From: Octopus sinensis | Taxonomy: Eukaryota | DNA length: 64,000 nucleotides | Assembly (NCBI RefSeq): GCF_006345805.1 | Contig: NC_043010.1 | Location: forward strand, 59,768,001 to 59,832,000 | Direction of reading: 5' to 3' | In this document: in pieces, positions 1 through 11,695 of the stretch | Position numbering within the stretch: position 1 is the stretch's first letter | How the letters are laid out: each line of letters starts with the position of its first letter | Position numbers and translations under genes: made by a program | Notes under the pieces: generated by a model | The model's database searches: none | What the model saw: the letters and a program-made list of their open reading frames with translations, nothing else | What the model was told of the DNA's origin: nothing

Positions 1-220
1 ATCTGGTTATTCACCCAGTCAGCTGTAACACTGTGACAGAATTCAACAATGGTACCCCAGTAATCACTGATATCTTTCCATCTGCTAAGACAGCCCCTGG
101 ACAGCTCAGCTAGCAGTGTATATTATTAGTTAGATTTATGAATTACAAACTACTGAGGTAAATATTATTAACACTATCCACTTCTCTTGTACCGTAAGTG
201 AAAATTATCCTTATTATTAA

Positions 221-376
221 TCATCATCATCATTTAGCATCCGTTTTCCATGCTAGCATGGGTTGGACGGTTCAACTGGGGTCTGTGAAGCCAGAAGGCT
301 ACATCAGGCCCAGTCTGATCTGGCAGTGTTTCTACGGCCGGATGCCCTTCCTAACGCCAACCACTCCGCGAGTGTA
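221..376 (-). mobile_element. 3' fragment of an abundant SINE/LINE-tail repeat with (GAT)n tail
   Basis: (TCA)n followed by ...ccatgctagcatgggttggacgg...ggatgcccttcctaacgccaaccactc; reverse complement of the element at 61126-61447. Confidence 0.75.
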
Positions 377-501
377 TGTATTAATATTGTTAGAATTATC
401 ATTCCATGATTTTTTATTGTCATTTTGTGCTATCATTGCATAATTGAACACAGCATCATGTGTTTTGACTACATGCAATGTTTTACAAGTTGTATAATTA
501 G

Positions 502-745
502 GTGGTGAATTGGCAGAGCCATTACAGTGTCAAACCAAATGGTTTGTGGTATCAGTTGACTCTCTGCCCTCTGATGTCAAAGCCTGCCAAGGTCACCTTT
601 GTTTTCCATCCTTTTAAGGTTATTAAAAAGTACTGATTCAAGGCAATGGGTTGGCCGAACTGTAAGAATGTTGGACCATAAGTCCTCTGCTATTTGTTCT
701 GGCTCTTTGCTTTCTGAGTTCAGTTTGTGCTATAGTCTGCTTGGG
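502..745 (+). mobile_element. Degenerate tRNA-derived SINE remnants
   Basis: Weak similarity to the SINE family at 11696 and 27678 (gaattggcaga..., aaggtcacctttgttttccatcctttt, ttctgagttca). Confidence 0.45.
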
Positions 746-1602
746 TGATAGACGTAACCCCCTCACCCTATTTAGCTCTACCACTTGGCATCTTAGGTGC
801 CTTTAGCAAAGCCTACTTTGTTGCAAGCATTTAGGTCAGGAGCCAGCTGTGAGACTATCTTCCTCCCTCCCTCCCAGCAATAGCAGAGGCCCACTAACAT
901 GTCATCTCGACACTGCCTTTCCTCCTAACTATAATATTAAAAAAGAAAAAGACAATATAAGTCCAAGCATGTGCAGTGTTTGGTAGTGCTGTTGTCTGTA
1001 TGTTTGTGCTTGTCTAATTACTAAGATATTGATTATGAATTTGTCCACAACTTTTTAACCCTTTCCAAACTACCTGTTATTATGGGGATTGTTTCTGTTT
1101 TCAATCTCCACATTCTGATTATCTGTATTTCCAAATCTTTATGTTTATATAGTGAACACATTTCTTTTAAATATACACATCACTGTCTGTTTTAATATCT
1201 CCACTAATCTTGTACTGAAATATTTATGTCAACATGTCTAACTGAAATTGAAAGTATATTCTTGAAACTATCAAATTATATGAAGCAGTATAATATAAAA
1301 GGAATTTTAGAAGTTTTTTAATAAACTTAGCCTTCAAGCACAGTTATACATTCATCTAATTTGATCAGCTTGTGAACCAGAGAAGTCACTAAATGAACTG
1401 TATTTTATTTAACAATTCCAATCTAATTAAGATATCATCTCAATTATTTTAATTATTATTGTTGTTTTAATTTTATATTTTAGTTTAACTAACTGACTAT
1501 AATCTTATTCACTGAATGTTGTGGGCAAAAGATTGATTTCCAATTAATAAACTTTCTTTATGTAGAATATCTAAGTTTATTTGATGTATATATGTATTTC
1601 AG

Positions 1603-1724
1603 GAATCTATGGTGGTGCCCCACCCGATGTATCAAGCACCAGTGAGAGAGACCATTACCAAGACAGATATGTGAAACCTCCAGAGAGACAGTTACCTTCA
1701 ACACCAGATGTTGTTGTCAGTTAA
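1603..1724 (+). CDS. PCDH: Terminal coding exon (exon 4) of upstream protocadherin U0
   Basis: tttcag acceptor; phase-1 reading (G)IYGGAPPDVSSTSERDHYQDRYVKPPERQLPSTPDVVVS*; almost identical to 38021-38142. Symbol is family-level only. Confidence 0.85.
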
Positions 1725-2260
1725 GTGAGACTGAGAAAGGAACACAACAGAAATAATATCACCTTTAACATTCACACAACATTTAAAAATAACAGAAATA
1801 TATTAGTTACATAATAATATTATCTGCATATAATTGGATATATTCTTGTGTGTGTGTATATATATATATGGGATATTTCCTTAGAAGACTAATTTAGCAG
1901 CTTTGGATATGAACAATTTCAATCAAATTCTAACACTTTAATTGCATAGGCAAAAGAAATATTTTAAGAATTTAAAAATAAAAACTCAGACGAGGAAAAT
2001 AAAATCTAAAATTTAAACAGTTTGTTAAATTATGATAAATAATTTTCATATAGATATACTTTCCCTGTTTACATATCTTGTTTAAATTTTCCAAATCTAT
2101 ACTGAATAAGAGAGTTAGTTTAGAATAGGTCAGACACACACACTAACTGTTATTGTCAATATTGTATTTACATTTTAAATTACACACACATTAACAACAT
2201 CAGCCATATTTTGTTAATATAACCTCTCTGTTCTAAGGATTTCTATGTCAGTCTCTCTCC

Positions 2261-2392
2261 ACATCAGACATGTTGGTGTTATATAGACTTATCATGGCTG
2301 ACTGTTAGTGGAGCTGATTGTGTATCTTTTCCTTGCCTTTGAGAGGGAAACTGCATCTAGTTGGAATGAGGCTGAAGTAAGCATCACCCATC
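2261..2392 (+). promoter_or_regulatory. Conserved upstream blocks A+B, candidate promoter of U1
   Basis: ACATCAGACATGTTGGTGTTATATAGACTTATCATGGCTGACTGTTAGTGGAGCTGAT, then GAGGGAAA...GAGGCTGAAGTAAGCATCACCCATC; recurs upstream of every unit. Confidence 0.65.
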
Positions 2393-2500
2393 TCCCCCCT
2401 CTCTCTCTCCCTCTCTCACACACACATATACACTAAACATCACCCATCCTACTCCCTCTCCTTTTCTAAGTGTATATTACACACTCACTAAACATCACAC

Positions 2501-2677
2501 ATCCACAAAGGAAGACTGAGAGGGAACTGCTGGTTCCCACTGACTCACCACCAACACTATTCCATCAACATGAAGCCATTGTCACACCATAGCAGCAGTG
2601 ACACAGACAACCATTAACAACAGAACATTGGTACCAAGTCACAGTTTGTACAACAAAGGATTTTACACACAATGAAG
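2501..2677 (+). other. Non-coding leader exon (exon 1) of U1; true 5' end unknown
   Basis: ~177-nt block repeated 7 times, each ending at a GTAAG donor (here 2678); contains uORF 2570-2617. Confidence 0.75.
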
Positions 2678-3140
2678 GTAAGTTTATTGTTCAATATTAT
2701 TTATTCAAATCACGTGAAATAATGATTTCATATGTAGCCTTCCTGTAATATCAAAATGTAATATTCTGATGGTGGCCATATTAGATCTGTGTCAGTTCAT
2801 ATTGAATGTCTTCTTTTCCATAATGGCTATCAAATAATCTACTAACAGGAGAACATTAAAGAAATGGAATATTTATTTTGACTTAACTGTATATTTTAAA
2901 AATTATTTTGAGTACGTAGCAGTTTCCTGCTTCATATTTTACCCTGTCTATTATTATAGACTCAAGCAGTCATTTTCATTATATTCCTAGTAATTATGTT
3001 GTATGTAATCATTGAAGTATATGTGAGGTTTATTCTAATTAGTTTAAAAGTAAAATTTCTCATTGAAAGTATGACCATTGAGGTAGAGGCCAAGGAGTTT
3101 GTATGTATGTGTGTATATATATCTCATATTGTATATGTAA

Positions 3141-3180
<40 letters not shown>

Positions 3181-5226
3181 GAGTTTGTATGATTGTGTAG
3201 AGAGGGATATGTATTATTCCAAGAAATTCCAACTCTGTCTGTTTTTTATGTTTTATTTATATTCTTTATGATATTAATGTAGAATATAGGATATATAGTA
3301 TAAATAATATATATATAGTAAAATGTATATATTGATTGTCTTATTATATTGAAGTATTGATTGTCTTATTATATACATATATATATATATATATCATCAT
3401 CATCATCATTGTTTAATGTCCGTTTTCCGCGCTAGCATGTATAAACTGTTACATTTGCAATATGAGATCTAGAAATTTATGTCCCTGTGTGCATATGGAT
3501 ATTTAACAGCAATGCCTTTGAAATATTTATATTTTATTCCCAAAATCATAGGAGCACTAACCATATGGGTGGGTCACTTATGAAAAATCTAAACCTACAT
3601 TCTTGAACATTTAGGCTTGAACTAGCTTTCAATATTGATTTGTTAATTTTGAATAATTTATATGTATTTTATCATATAAAGCAATTTCAAAAGATATTTA
3701 CTTCATTTCCACTTTTAATTTAGACATTCTTTCCTTTTCTAGATTTTCATATTATTTTAGCCACAGTTCCTTTAATATATTGATTAGTTGTTATTCCTGC
3801 TGTTTCAAAACTAGAAATAAGTAATGTATTTTCTCTCTACTCCCTTCAATAGATTTAACTAAACATTTATTATAGGTTGCTCCTTAATTATTGCATTTTA
3901 TATCTTCCCTACATCATATTGTCAAAGCATTCTATAAATGACTGGAGATACATCTCTTATCAGTATCTTTGTAATTGACTTCTTCCATGAAAACAGTCAA
4001 TCAAAATGTTTGTGAATTCAACTGATATTTGTATTAAATAGGTAAGATGTTTTATCAGCATCAAGAATAATAATTCAAGTACTGAACATGTTAAAATAGG
4101 AGAATTAGATCTAATTTGATCAATCATAATTTACGTGTGTGTTACTATTAATGGGGACTGTATTGGCGCTAATATAACTGAATTTCTCTCATATCTCACA
4201 GCATTATGCTTATTCTTTCTTAATAGTTGGTGGAGACGTTTTTTCCTGAGAATATCTCTACAAAATGGTAACACTATAGATTAGATAAGTCAGCTATTTT
4301 GTAATGTAAGTTGGGATATAAAGCTGAGCCATGTTTCTTTGCATATACTGGCACCAGCGAATTAACTCAAGCTTTACTATGTATGACATGTGTATACATA
4401 ATTGTGATGAAAGAGAAGAAAAGTATTTGATACATCCACTGCTCTCTCTCTTTCTCTGTCTCTGGTACCTTACAGTCATACCAAAATATTAGACATAGAT
4501 TAATATCAGGTTAAGAAAAGCAATGTTTAGACAGTCAGGGATTTTCTGTTAATTGCCAAGAATGTGCACTGAAGCAGTTCCTTGTTATTGTCTGTTATGC
4601 TCTGCCTGAACAAGCATAGTTATGCAATGTCTCCTTATAATTCTGCTTGCATTTAAGCATGGCATGGAGTTGTTGAGAAATTATCTAAGATTAATTCACA
4701 ATTCTTATATGCGTCTTATGATACACTTTGCTTTAATCAGAGTCTATACCATAGATGTATATGCAGAGTGTGTTATTCTAGTTTGTGTATAAAAATCTAT
4801 GTTCCTAGAAGAGGCTGCATTCAAAGACAGTTTGGTTGGTATAAAAAGATCAGTTTGTTGGAATTTTAATATTTAACATTGCTGTAATTGTTGTTTCTTG
4901 TCTGCATCATATACCTTTTAAAAGAAATTCATTTGCATCATTTGAACAATAAAAAACTACATGTAAAGAGGGATGTGTTTCATATTGTAGCTTTTGTAAA
5001 TTTACATTGATTTCTCATTAATATACAAATAGATTAATAAGTATTTTATAATAAACATTTTTCATATGGAAACAACCAAAATAGAAAAGAATTTAGAGTA
5101 GATGAATAAACATTATGACCAGTTATGTTTCTTTTTTTTCTCAATATTGCAATGAATATTTCTATTTCAGACCGAACATTTGAAGCTGTCTTTCCCTTGG
5201 ATACTGTATTAACAACAAAACCAGAG

Positions 5227-7584
5227 ATGTTGCGACTTCTGTGTGTTTTACTGACTTTCTTCCATTGTTCCTTAAGTGAAGATATCACATACCATGTTGA
5301 AGAAGAGAATATTCCTCATACCTATGTAGGGGACATTGCTACTGACTTACAGAAAGCAGACAGCTCCTTCTTAAAGAATAAGGATTTAATTACATTTAGT
5401 CAACTCCAACAAAAGGGAGAACAGTTGTTCAATGTGACGAGAACAGGTAAACTGTACACTGTTGAGACATTGGATGCTGAGTCTGTGTGTAGTTATGAGA
5501 AAGAATGTTTTGAAATCGTTAAAGTTGCTGTTCACAAATCCAAGACATTTATGAAGATCTTAAAGATTAAGGTCATAATAGAAGACATCAATGACCACCA
5601 ACCTGAGTTTCCAACTGAAGAGGTCAGCATTCAGTTTTCTGAAACTGATGGTAAAGGCACGAAAAGATCAATACCCAATGCTGTTGATAATGATATGGGT
5701 CATAAGAACAGCTTGGTAACATATGAATTAAAAAAGGATAATGGACATTTCTCTTTATTAGTTGCCAAACAAGCTGATGGCATATCATCATTAGAAATTA
5801 TTTTAGAAGAGAAATTAGACAGAGAAACAAAAGACAGTTACAATATTGAAGTCATTGCTAAAGATGGGGGAACTCCACCAAAACAATCTATTTTAAAAGT
5901 GAAAATATCTGTAAAAGACGAAAATGATAACAGACCACAGTTTTCTCAAAGTATCTACAATGTTTCTATAGAACATAAACATAAAAAGAACATTCCAGTA
6001 GTCACATTATCTGCCAGTGATTTAGATATTGGCAGGAATGGTAAAATATCTTATTATTTCAGTAGAAAGACTGCAGAAAAAATGAAGAGATACTTTCATT
6101 TAGATAAAAGTACTGGAAAAATTTTCTTAGTACAATCTTTAGAGGTTGACACAAAAAATTCTTTAAAATTATACATTGAAGCCAGAGATGGAGGTATTCC
6201 TCCTCTCAGTACCATAGCAACTGTTAAGGTAAATGTCATCAACCAGCAGAACAATCCTCCAAATATTGATGTGAACTTTATTTCCACACAGAATCACAAC
6301 ACAGCTACCATTCTGGAAGACATCAAAGTTGGTAGTTTCATTGCTTATGTGATGGTCACTGACAATGATGTTGGACACAATGGAGAGGTGAACTGTCATA
6401 TCAAAGACGACACATTCAAACTACAGTCAATGGGATCGAAGGAATATAAAATAGTTCTAAAGAAAGCAGTAGACAGAGAGACACAGGAACATTATCACTT
6501 TACTGTGTCGTGTGAAGATAAAGGATTACCTGCTCTGAAAACTGATAAAGATCTGTCAATCCAAGTGTTGGATGTGAATGATGTAGAACCACACTTTACG
6601 AAAGACACATTCAAGTTCCTTACCTATGAGAATGACAAAGCTAATTTCCCTATTGGCTTTATCAATGCTACAGACCCAGATATTGGTAAGGGAGGTGAAT
6701 TGTCTTATTCTCTGAGAAATAAACAGCAATATCGTCTGCCATTCCAGATTATCAACTCTGGCTTTATTTCAACAAACCAGTCTTTAGACAGAGAACACAG
6801 AGATTTCTATGAGTTTGAGGTTTTTGTGAAAGACAATGGAAGCCCATCTCTGAATAACACAGTGAATGTTGAAGTGGAAGTATTGGATAGAAATGATAAT
6901 GCTCCATATTTTACATTTCCTAGTGTTGACCCTTTCACTCTTAATGTCCACTATCATCCGCAAAGTAAGAACGACATCACAGTTCTGAAAGCATCTGATA
7001 TAGACAGTCACATGAATGCTTTTCTCAGGTATGAAATCGTTTCAGGTAACGAGAGACAGTTATTTAAACTGGACTCTTTCACTGGTGTGTTATCTTACTC
7101 ACGCACAGTTTACCAAAATGATGCCGGATCATATGAGCTTGAGTTTGTTGTGAAAGACAGTGGTACTCCAGTTCTGTCGGCAACAACTAGTGTGTCTTTG
7201 ACACTGACTGTTAGTAACAAGACGTCACCAATGTTCACAGCTGTGCACCTACCAAGTGATAACACAATAGATGCGACATTGTTGATTATCATTGTAGTAG
7301 CAGCTGTGATAGTATCTATAGCTATTGTGGTTTCTATAACCCTGTGTATTGTGAGATGTAACAATGTGAGAAATAGCTCATCCGAAAGAACAGCAGAAGA
7401 GAAACAGGCATACCAATGTCGCAATGAGATGAGACAGTTGATCTATCAAGGTAACAACAGTGTACCTGTGATGTCAGGTAATCGAGGAGAGATGTCAGAG
7501 AGATATGGTCATTCGAGGAGCCATTACTATCCTGAAGACTGGAAGACATCCACAATGAGTCGGACACTTCAGAAGTCTATCAGG
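5227..7584 (+). CDS. PCDH: Protocadherin U1 large exon: signal peptide, EC1-EC6, TM, proximal tail
   Basis: Acceptor tttcag at 5170; ATG 5227 MLRLLCVLLTFFHCSLS; EC1 Cys-X5-Cys (CSYEKEC); DRE, DxD and DxNDN motifs; TM LLIIIVVAAVIVSIAIVVSITLCIV; phase-0 donor AGG/GTAAGC. Joining to 8949-9099 and 9186-9301 gives ~874 aa in frame. Confidence 0.95.
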
Positions 7585-8366
7585 GTAAGCTTTTTCACTG
7601 TTTTGTTACTATATTGTTGCTTTTCAAACACATCACCTTTGTCTTAATTAATTTTGGAAATAATAAAGAATTTACTAAAATAACTGTTGAATTAGGCTGG
7701 TGTTCGGGATATGAATGGACATGAAATTTTGTTGGAGAAGCTTTAATCTATATTGCTTTAACCCTTTCATTACTGTATTTATTTTGGGATGCTCTGTCTT
7801 TCTTTCGATTACTTTAAACATAACAAAAAATTTAGTAAAATAACTTTATTATCATTCAGCTAGTGTTAGGAACATAAATTGTGACTAAGGTTTGTTGGAA
7901 GATTTTAATTGAAAACTTATGAAAACAAGACATTTGTACTCAGAGCCAGAACTGGTTTCAGTCGGGTTGGTATCAAAAGTGTTAAAGCAGTAATTTTATT
8001 TCATGCAGCTATGTGTGGTGTCAGGTGGGATGGTATCGAAGGGGTTAATTTTATAATCTGTCAGTAAATAGTATTCTATGTCTTTTTCTATTTCCTCCTC
8101 TTATTTCAGTTTGTCATCATCATCATTACCTTTTCTTTGATTCTGCTTTAGTGTTGATTGGTAATTTTGCTTGAAATTTTTCTTTCATCAGAAATGGTAA
8201 AGCATGGGATTAATTATTTGACAGTATTTATATCTAGTTGTATACTGAATCAAAATGCTGCTGGAGTTTGCCTTTTATACCAGTTATGTATGGAGTGCAG
8301 TTCCATCGATTGTATTCTTTCCATAAAAAGGACCTTGTGCCTGCATAAGAAATTATTTTACAGTTC

Positions 8367-8513
8367 ATTATTTACATTATTTACATTCGACAGATATTTG
8401 TCCTCATCTTGTTTGCTGTTAACACAACGTTTCGGCTGATATACCCTCCAGCCTTCATCAGGTGTCTTGGGGAAATTTCGAACCTGGGTTCTCATTCCTT
8501 AGGTATTTTTCAA

Positions 8514-8556
<43 letters not shown>

Positions 8557-8790
8557 GTTCAGGTCACTGCTTGGAATCGAACTTGGAATCTTGAGGTTAG
8601 TAGCTCGCGCTCTTAACCTCAAGATTCTAACATCTAAAAATACCTAAGGAATGAGAACCCAGGTTCGAAATTTCCCCAAGGCATCTGAAGAAGGCTGGAG
8701 GGTATATCAGCCGAAACATTGTGTTAACAACAAACAAGATGAGGACAAATATCCATCAAATGTAAATAATGTACATAATTCTTCATCTCT
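8367..8790. mobile_element. Composite element: inverted Penelope-like terminal fragments around a (TAA)n tract and a tRNA-like core
   Basis: 8367-8515 is the reverse complement of ~8630-8780. Both arms carry CTGA(T/A)GAAGGCTG...CAGCCGAAAC. Core 8556-8618 reads ggttaagagcgcg...gttcgattcc on the minus strand. Confidence 0.6.
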
Positions 8791-8948
8791 TAAATAGAGA
8801 ACTGTATTATTTTACAGTTATTTTGCCAAACTGATTGATATTGGTAAAAAAGTAGGCAGTTGTTTTATACCAAAGATGGATGCATACAACTCCAGAGAAA
8901 GTATCAATTATATTATCTATATCTTGTTACTATTGTATTTTACAGCAG

Positions 8949-9099
8949 AAATATAGCCAACCGATTGAGGTGACATCTTATGGAGACAACAGACCATCCT
9001 CTAACTATCCCACTGACACACTGACCAGTCGTAAGAGCAGTGGACAGTGCTGGAGTGAGCGGTCAAGTAGACAGTATGAAGAAATACCAGCAATGTCAG
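8949..9099 (+). CDS. PCDH: U1 exon 3 (cytoplasmic tail; alternative start 8946)
   Basis: tacagCAG tandem acceptor; KYSQPIEVTSYGDNRPSSNYPTDTLTSRKSSGQCWSERSSRQYEEIPAMS; phase-1 GTAAGG donor. Confidence 0.9.
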
Positions 9100-9185
9100 G
9101 TAAGGGTAGTTTAAACTAAGAGAATAACAAGGATAAATATAATATACAAAACTGACTCTATGTATTACCATTGTATATGTTTCAG

Positions 9186-9301
9186 CTATCTATGGTATGC
9201 AACAGGACCCCACAGCCAACACTGAGAAACTGCCCCAGGACAGATATGTGAAACCTCCAGAAAGACAACTCCCTGCTACACCTGATGTTATAAACAACTG
9301 A
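9186..9301 (+). CDS. PCDH: U1 terminal exon 4
   Basis: tttcag acceptor; (A)IYGMQQDPTANTEKLPQDRYVKPPERQLPATPDVINN*. Confidence 0.85.
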
Positions 9302-9459
9302 TCAGTTACAATTATTACTCACAAACTCCTAACCTTTCACATTATATAAATTTGTAGTGAATCTTTAAGTCTTCAAAATATATTAAGAATGAGTAATGAA
9401 TGTTTTATTTTAATATCACTTGAATCATTTTCTGCTGGATTGGACAATGTTTCATCTCA

Positions 9460-9506
<47 letters not shown>

Positions 9507-9537
9507 TCAAATTTGTGTAAATGTATATAGAATAATA

Positions 9538-9769
9538 TATCAGTTGAATATAGTTAAAACATGGTCTGATTTTTACGTTTTTTATTATGGTCCTTTAACA
9601 TTAAAAAATATTTTGTAATGCTCATAATGTTAAATTAGCATTTTCATATATATAGTGTATGAAAGTGCTAATTTAACTTTATGAGCATTACAAAATATTT
9701 TTTTAATGTTAAAGTACCATAATAAAAATTGTGAAAACTAGACCATGTTTTAACTTTGTTCAGCTGATA
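9538..9769. repeat. Long fold-back inverted repeat (~110-bp arms, short loop)
   Basis: tatcagttgaatatagttaaaacatggtc...ctcataatgttaaattagcattttcata pairs with tatgaaagtgctaatttaactttatgag...gaccatgttttaactttgttcagctgata. Confidence 0.85.
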
Positions 9770-10191
9770 CGGATATATTAAAATAGCAATAAGGAAGTTT
9801 GGCAATTGATAAGTAGTGTCTTGAATGTTTATGTTTAAATAGACAATCAGAAAATAATATGATGAAAAATTAATTATGTAAGGCATTTAAGAAACAAGAA
9901 ATGACTTTCTTAAGAAGACTATTGTCTTACAGCATTTAGACATTTTTTTAAACATTCCTTCTGTGTTTATAAGGACAACTGATGGTTTTTTAGAAATTAG
10001 GTCATAAAATATAAATTATTTCAAAATATCCTCATTTGTAAACATATTTATCAGTATTTTCCATTATGAATTTTGTGTTACATCATAAGTTAGTAAATGT
10101 ATTTACTAACAACAATAATGTTTTGTTAATGTAAGATCTATATGAAACACTGAAAGTATATATATATATATATACACACCAGTCTTTTTCT

Positions 10192-10323
10192 ACATCAGAC
10201 ATATTGGTGTTGTATAGACTTAACATGGCTGACTGTTAGTGGGGCTGATATTCTGTATTCTTTCTTTCTTCTTCTGTGTGAGGGGAAATAGTCTGAGTGA
10301 AACTGGAATAAGCATCACCCATC
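10192..10323 (+). promoter_or_regulatory. Conserved upstream blocks A+B of U2
   Basis: Homologous to 2261-2392. Confidence 0.65.
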
Positions 10324-10377
10324 ACACACACACACACACACATTCGTATACTTACACATTCACATTAAACACCACAC

Positions 10378-10553
10378 ATCCACAGAGGAAGACTTGAGAG
10401 GGAACTGCTGGTTCCCACTGACTCACCACCAACACTATTCCATCAACATGAAGCCATTGTCACACCATAGCAGCAGTGACACAGACAACCATTAACAACA
10501 GAACATTGGGACCAAGTCACAGTTTATACAACAAAGGATTTTACACAATAAAT
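10378..10553 (+). other. Leader exon 1 of U2
   Basis: Conserved leader block; uORF 10448-10495; donor GTAAGT at 10554. Confidence 0.75.
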
Positions 10554-11695
10554 GTAAGTCTGTCATTAATATTATATTCCTGTATAATTTACATTATGAA
10601 ATTTATATATTTTCTTTATTACAAAACTAACAAATTTCTAAATTAGATTCTCATAAAGGAAAAATCTTTTGATTATATTTAGAATTTCCTTTGTCTTTTC
10701 CATTTTTTATTCCAAATGTTTCTGTGTTTCTCTATAGTTCTTCATGATGATACATTTCAACTTGCCACAAAATCCTTATTACTTATCCTAATATATCCAT
10801 AGTTTTATCTCTTTACAAATGGCCTTTTCTTTTTAGCTTTTCTTTCTCAGTCCTCAATTTGTAATATACTTTTATTAACTGAGATCCAAATATTTCAGTT
10901 ATTTTCAATACATACATTTGTTTTGTTGTATCCTCATGAGACACTTATTTGTTAAAGAGTTTAGCCTTGGTACGGAAGGAAACAGTCCATAAAGGAAATG
11001 GATTGCTGCTTTGTCATTTACTTTCCTAAACTGCTGTCTTCTATGAAGATTTAAATTTCTTAAATATAACAATTTCTTAGATTTTATCCATGTTTCAATT
11101 AGTAATAATTATTGACTGAAATAATTTAACCTAGATTTGAATAAATGTTTTAGTTTTTTTAATTTATGCTAACAATTTTAATTTTGCTGGTTAGTGTGTT
11201 ACTTATATTTGACTGAATCAACACCTGTATGTTTCTAGTGTTGTCTCTTCATACCTGTAATTAGGTAGAGTCAACTGTGGTGAAATTTGATTTGAAATTA
11301 AAGAATTTAGTTTGCTATTCTCCTGTTTTGGTTATTTCTTTATAAATTGAAACTATTAATTAGCAGATATGTCAGTGACGAGTGATGTCGTTCCATTACT
11401 AAGATTTTTATTTATTTTTGTGTATATTTGCTTTTATTTTACTCAATAATGGAGGTCAAATGTCTGAAGTTACATAATTAGGGGTATCCATCAATAGGTG
11501 ATTATTTCTATTGTCTTTATTGAAGAAAAAATATGGGATTTGTTAGGTTGTTCTAATGTTGTTAGAGATACAAGTAAATTGAAATTATTACCATCAGACT
11601 TCATTGTGACCATACCATACTCCATTTTCTTTATCACAACTATTTCTATGATGAACTAAGATTATTTTATTCTAAAAATTTAATATTACTATCAA

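Noticed and set aside
2298-2318. CTCF site in block A (TTAGTGGAGCTG resembles AGGTGGCGCT)
   Set aside because: The 5' half of the CTCF core (CCASYAG) is not matched; too weak to call without a PWM scan or ChIP
5125-5226. ORF-track N-terminal extensions (also 23306, 33382, 44248, 58418) and C-terminal run-ons past the donors
   Set aside because: Most cross predicted splice sites or use non-ATG starts; the signal peptides begin at the downstream ATGs and the reading continues in exon 3
6784-7567. Recurrent minus-strand ORFs (MTVYIRCFQ..., MRHWYACFSS..., MTVHLSIVS...) repeated in every unit
   Set aside because: They are antisense shadows of the homogenised constant region; their recurrence follows from DNA identity, not independent coding
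8556-8618. tRNA-like sequence on the minus strand
   Set aside because: Only A/B-box-like remnants, no complete cloverleaf, embedded in a composite repeat; treated as SINE-derived
8967-8990. WIRS (WAVE-complex binding) motif in EVTSYGD / AVTSFEY
   Set aside because: The consensus needs a bulky hydrophobic-x-T/S-F; most units have V-T-S-Y, so there is no proper match
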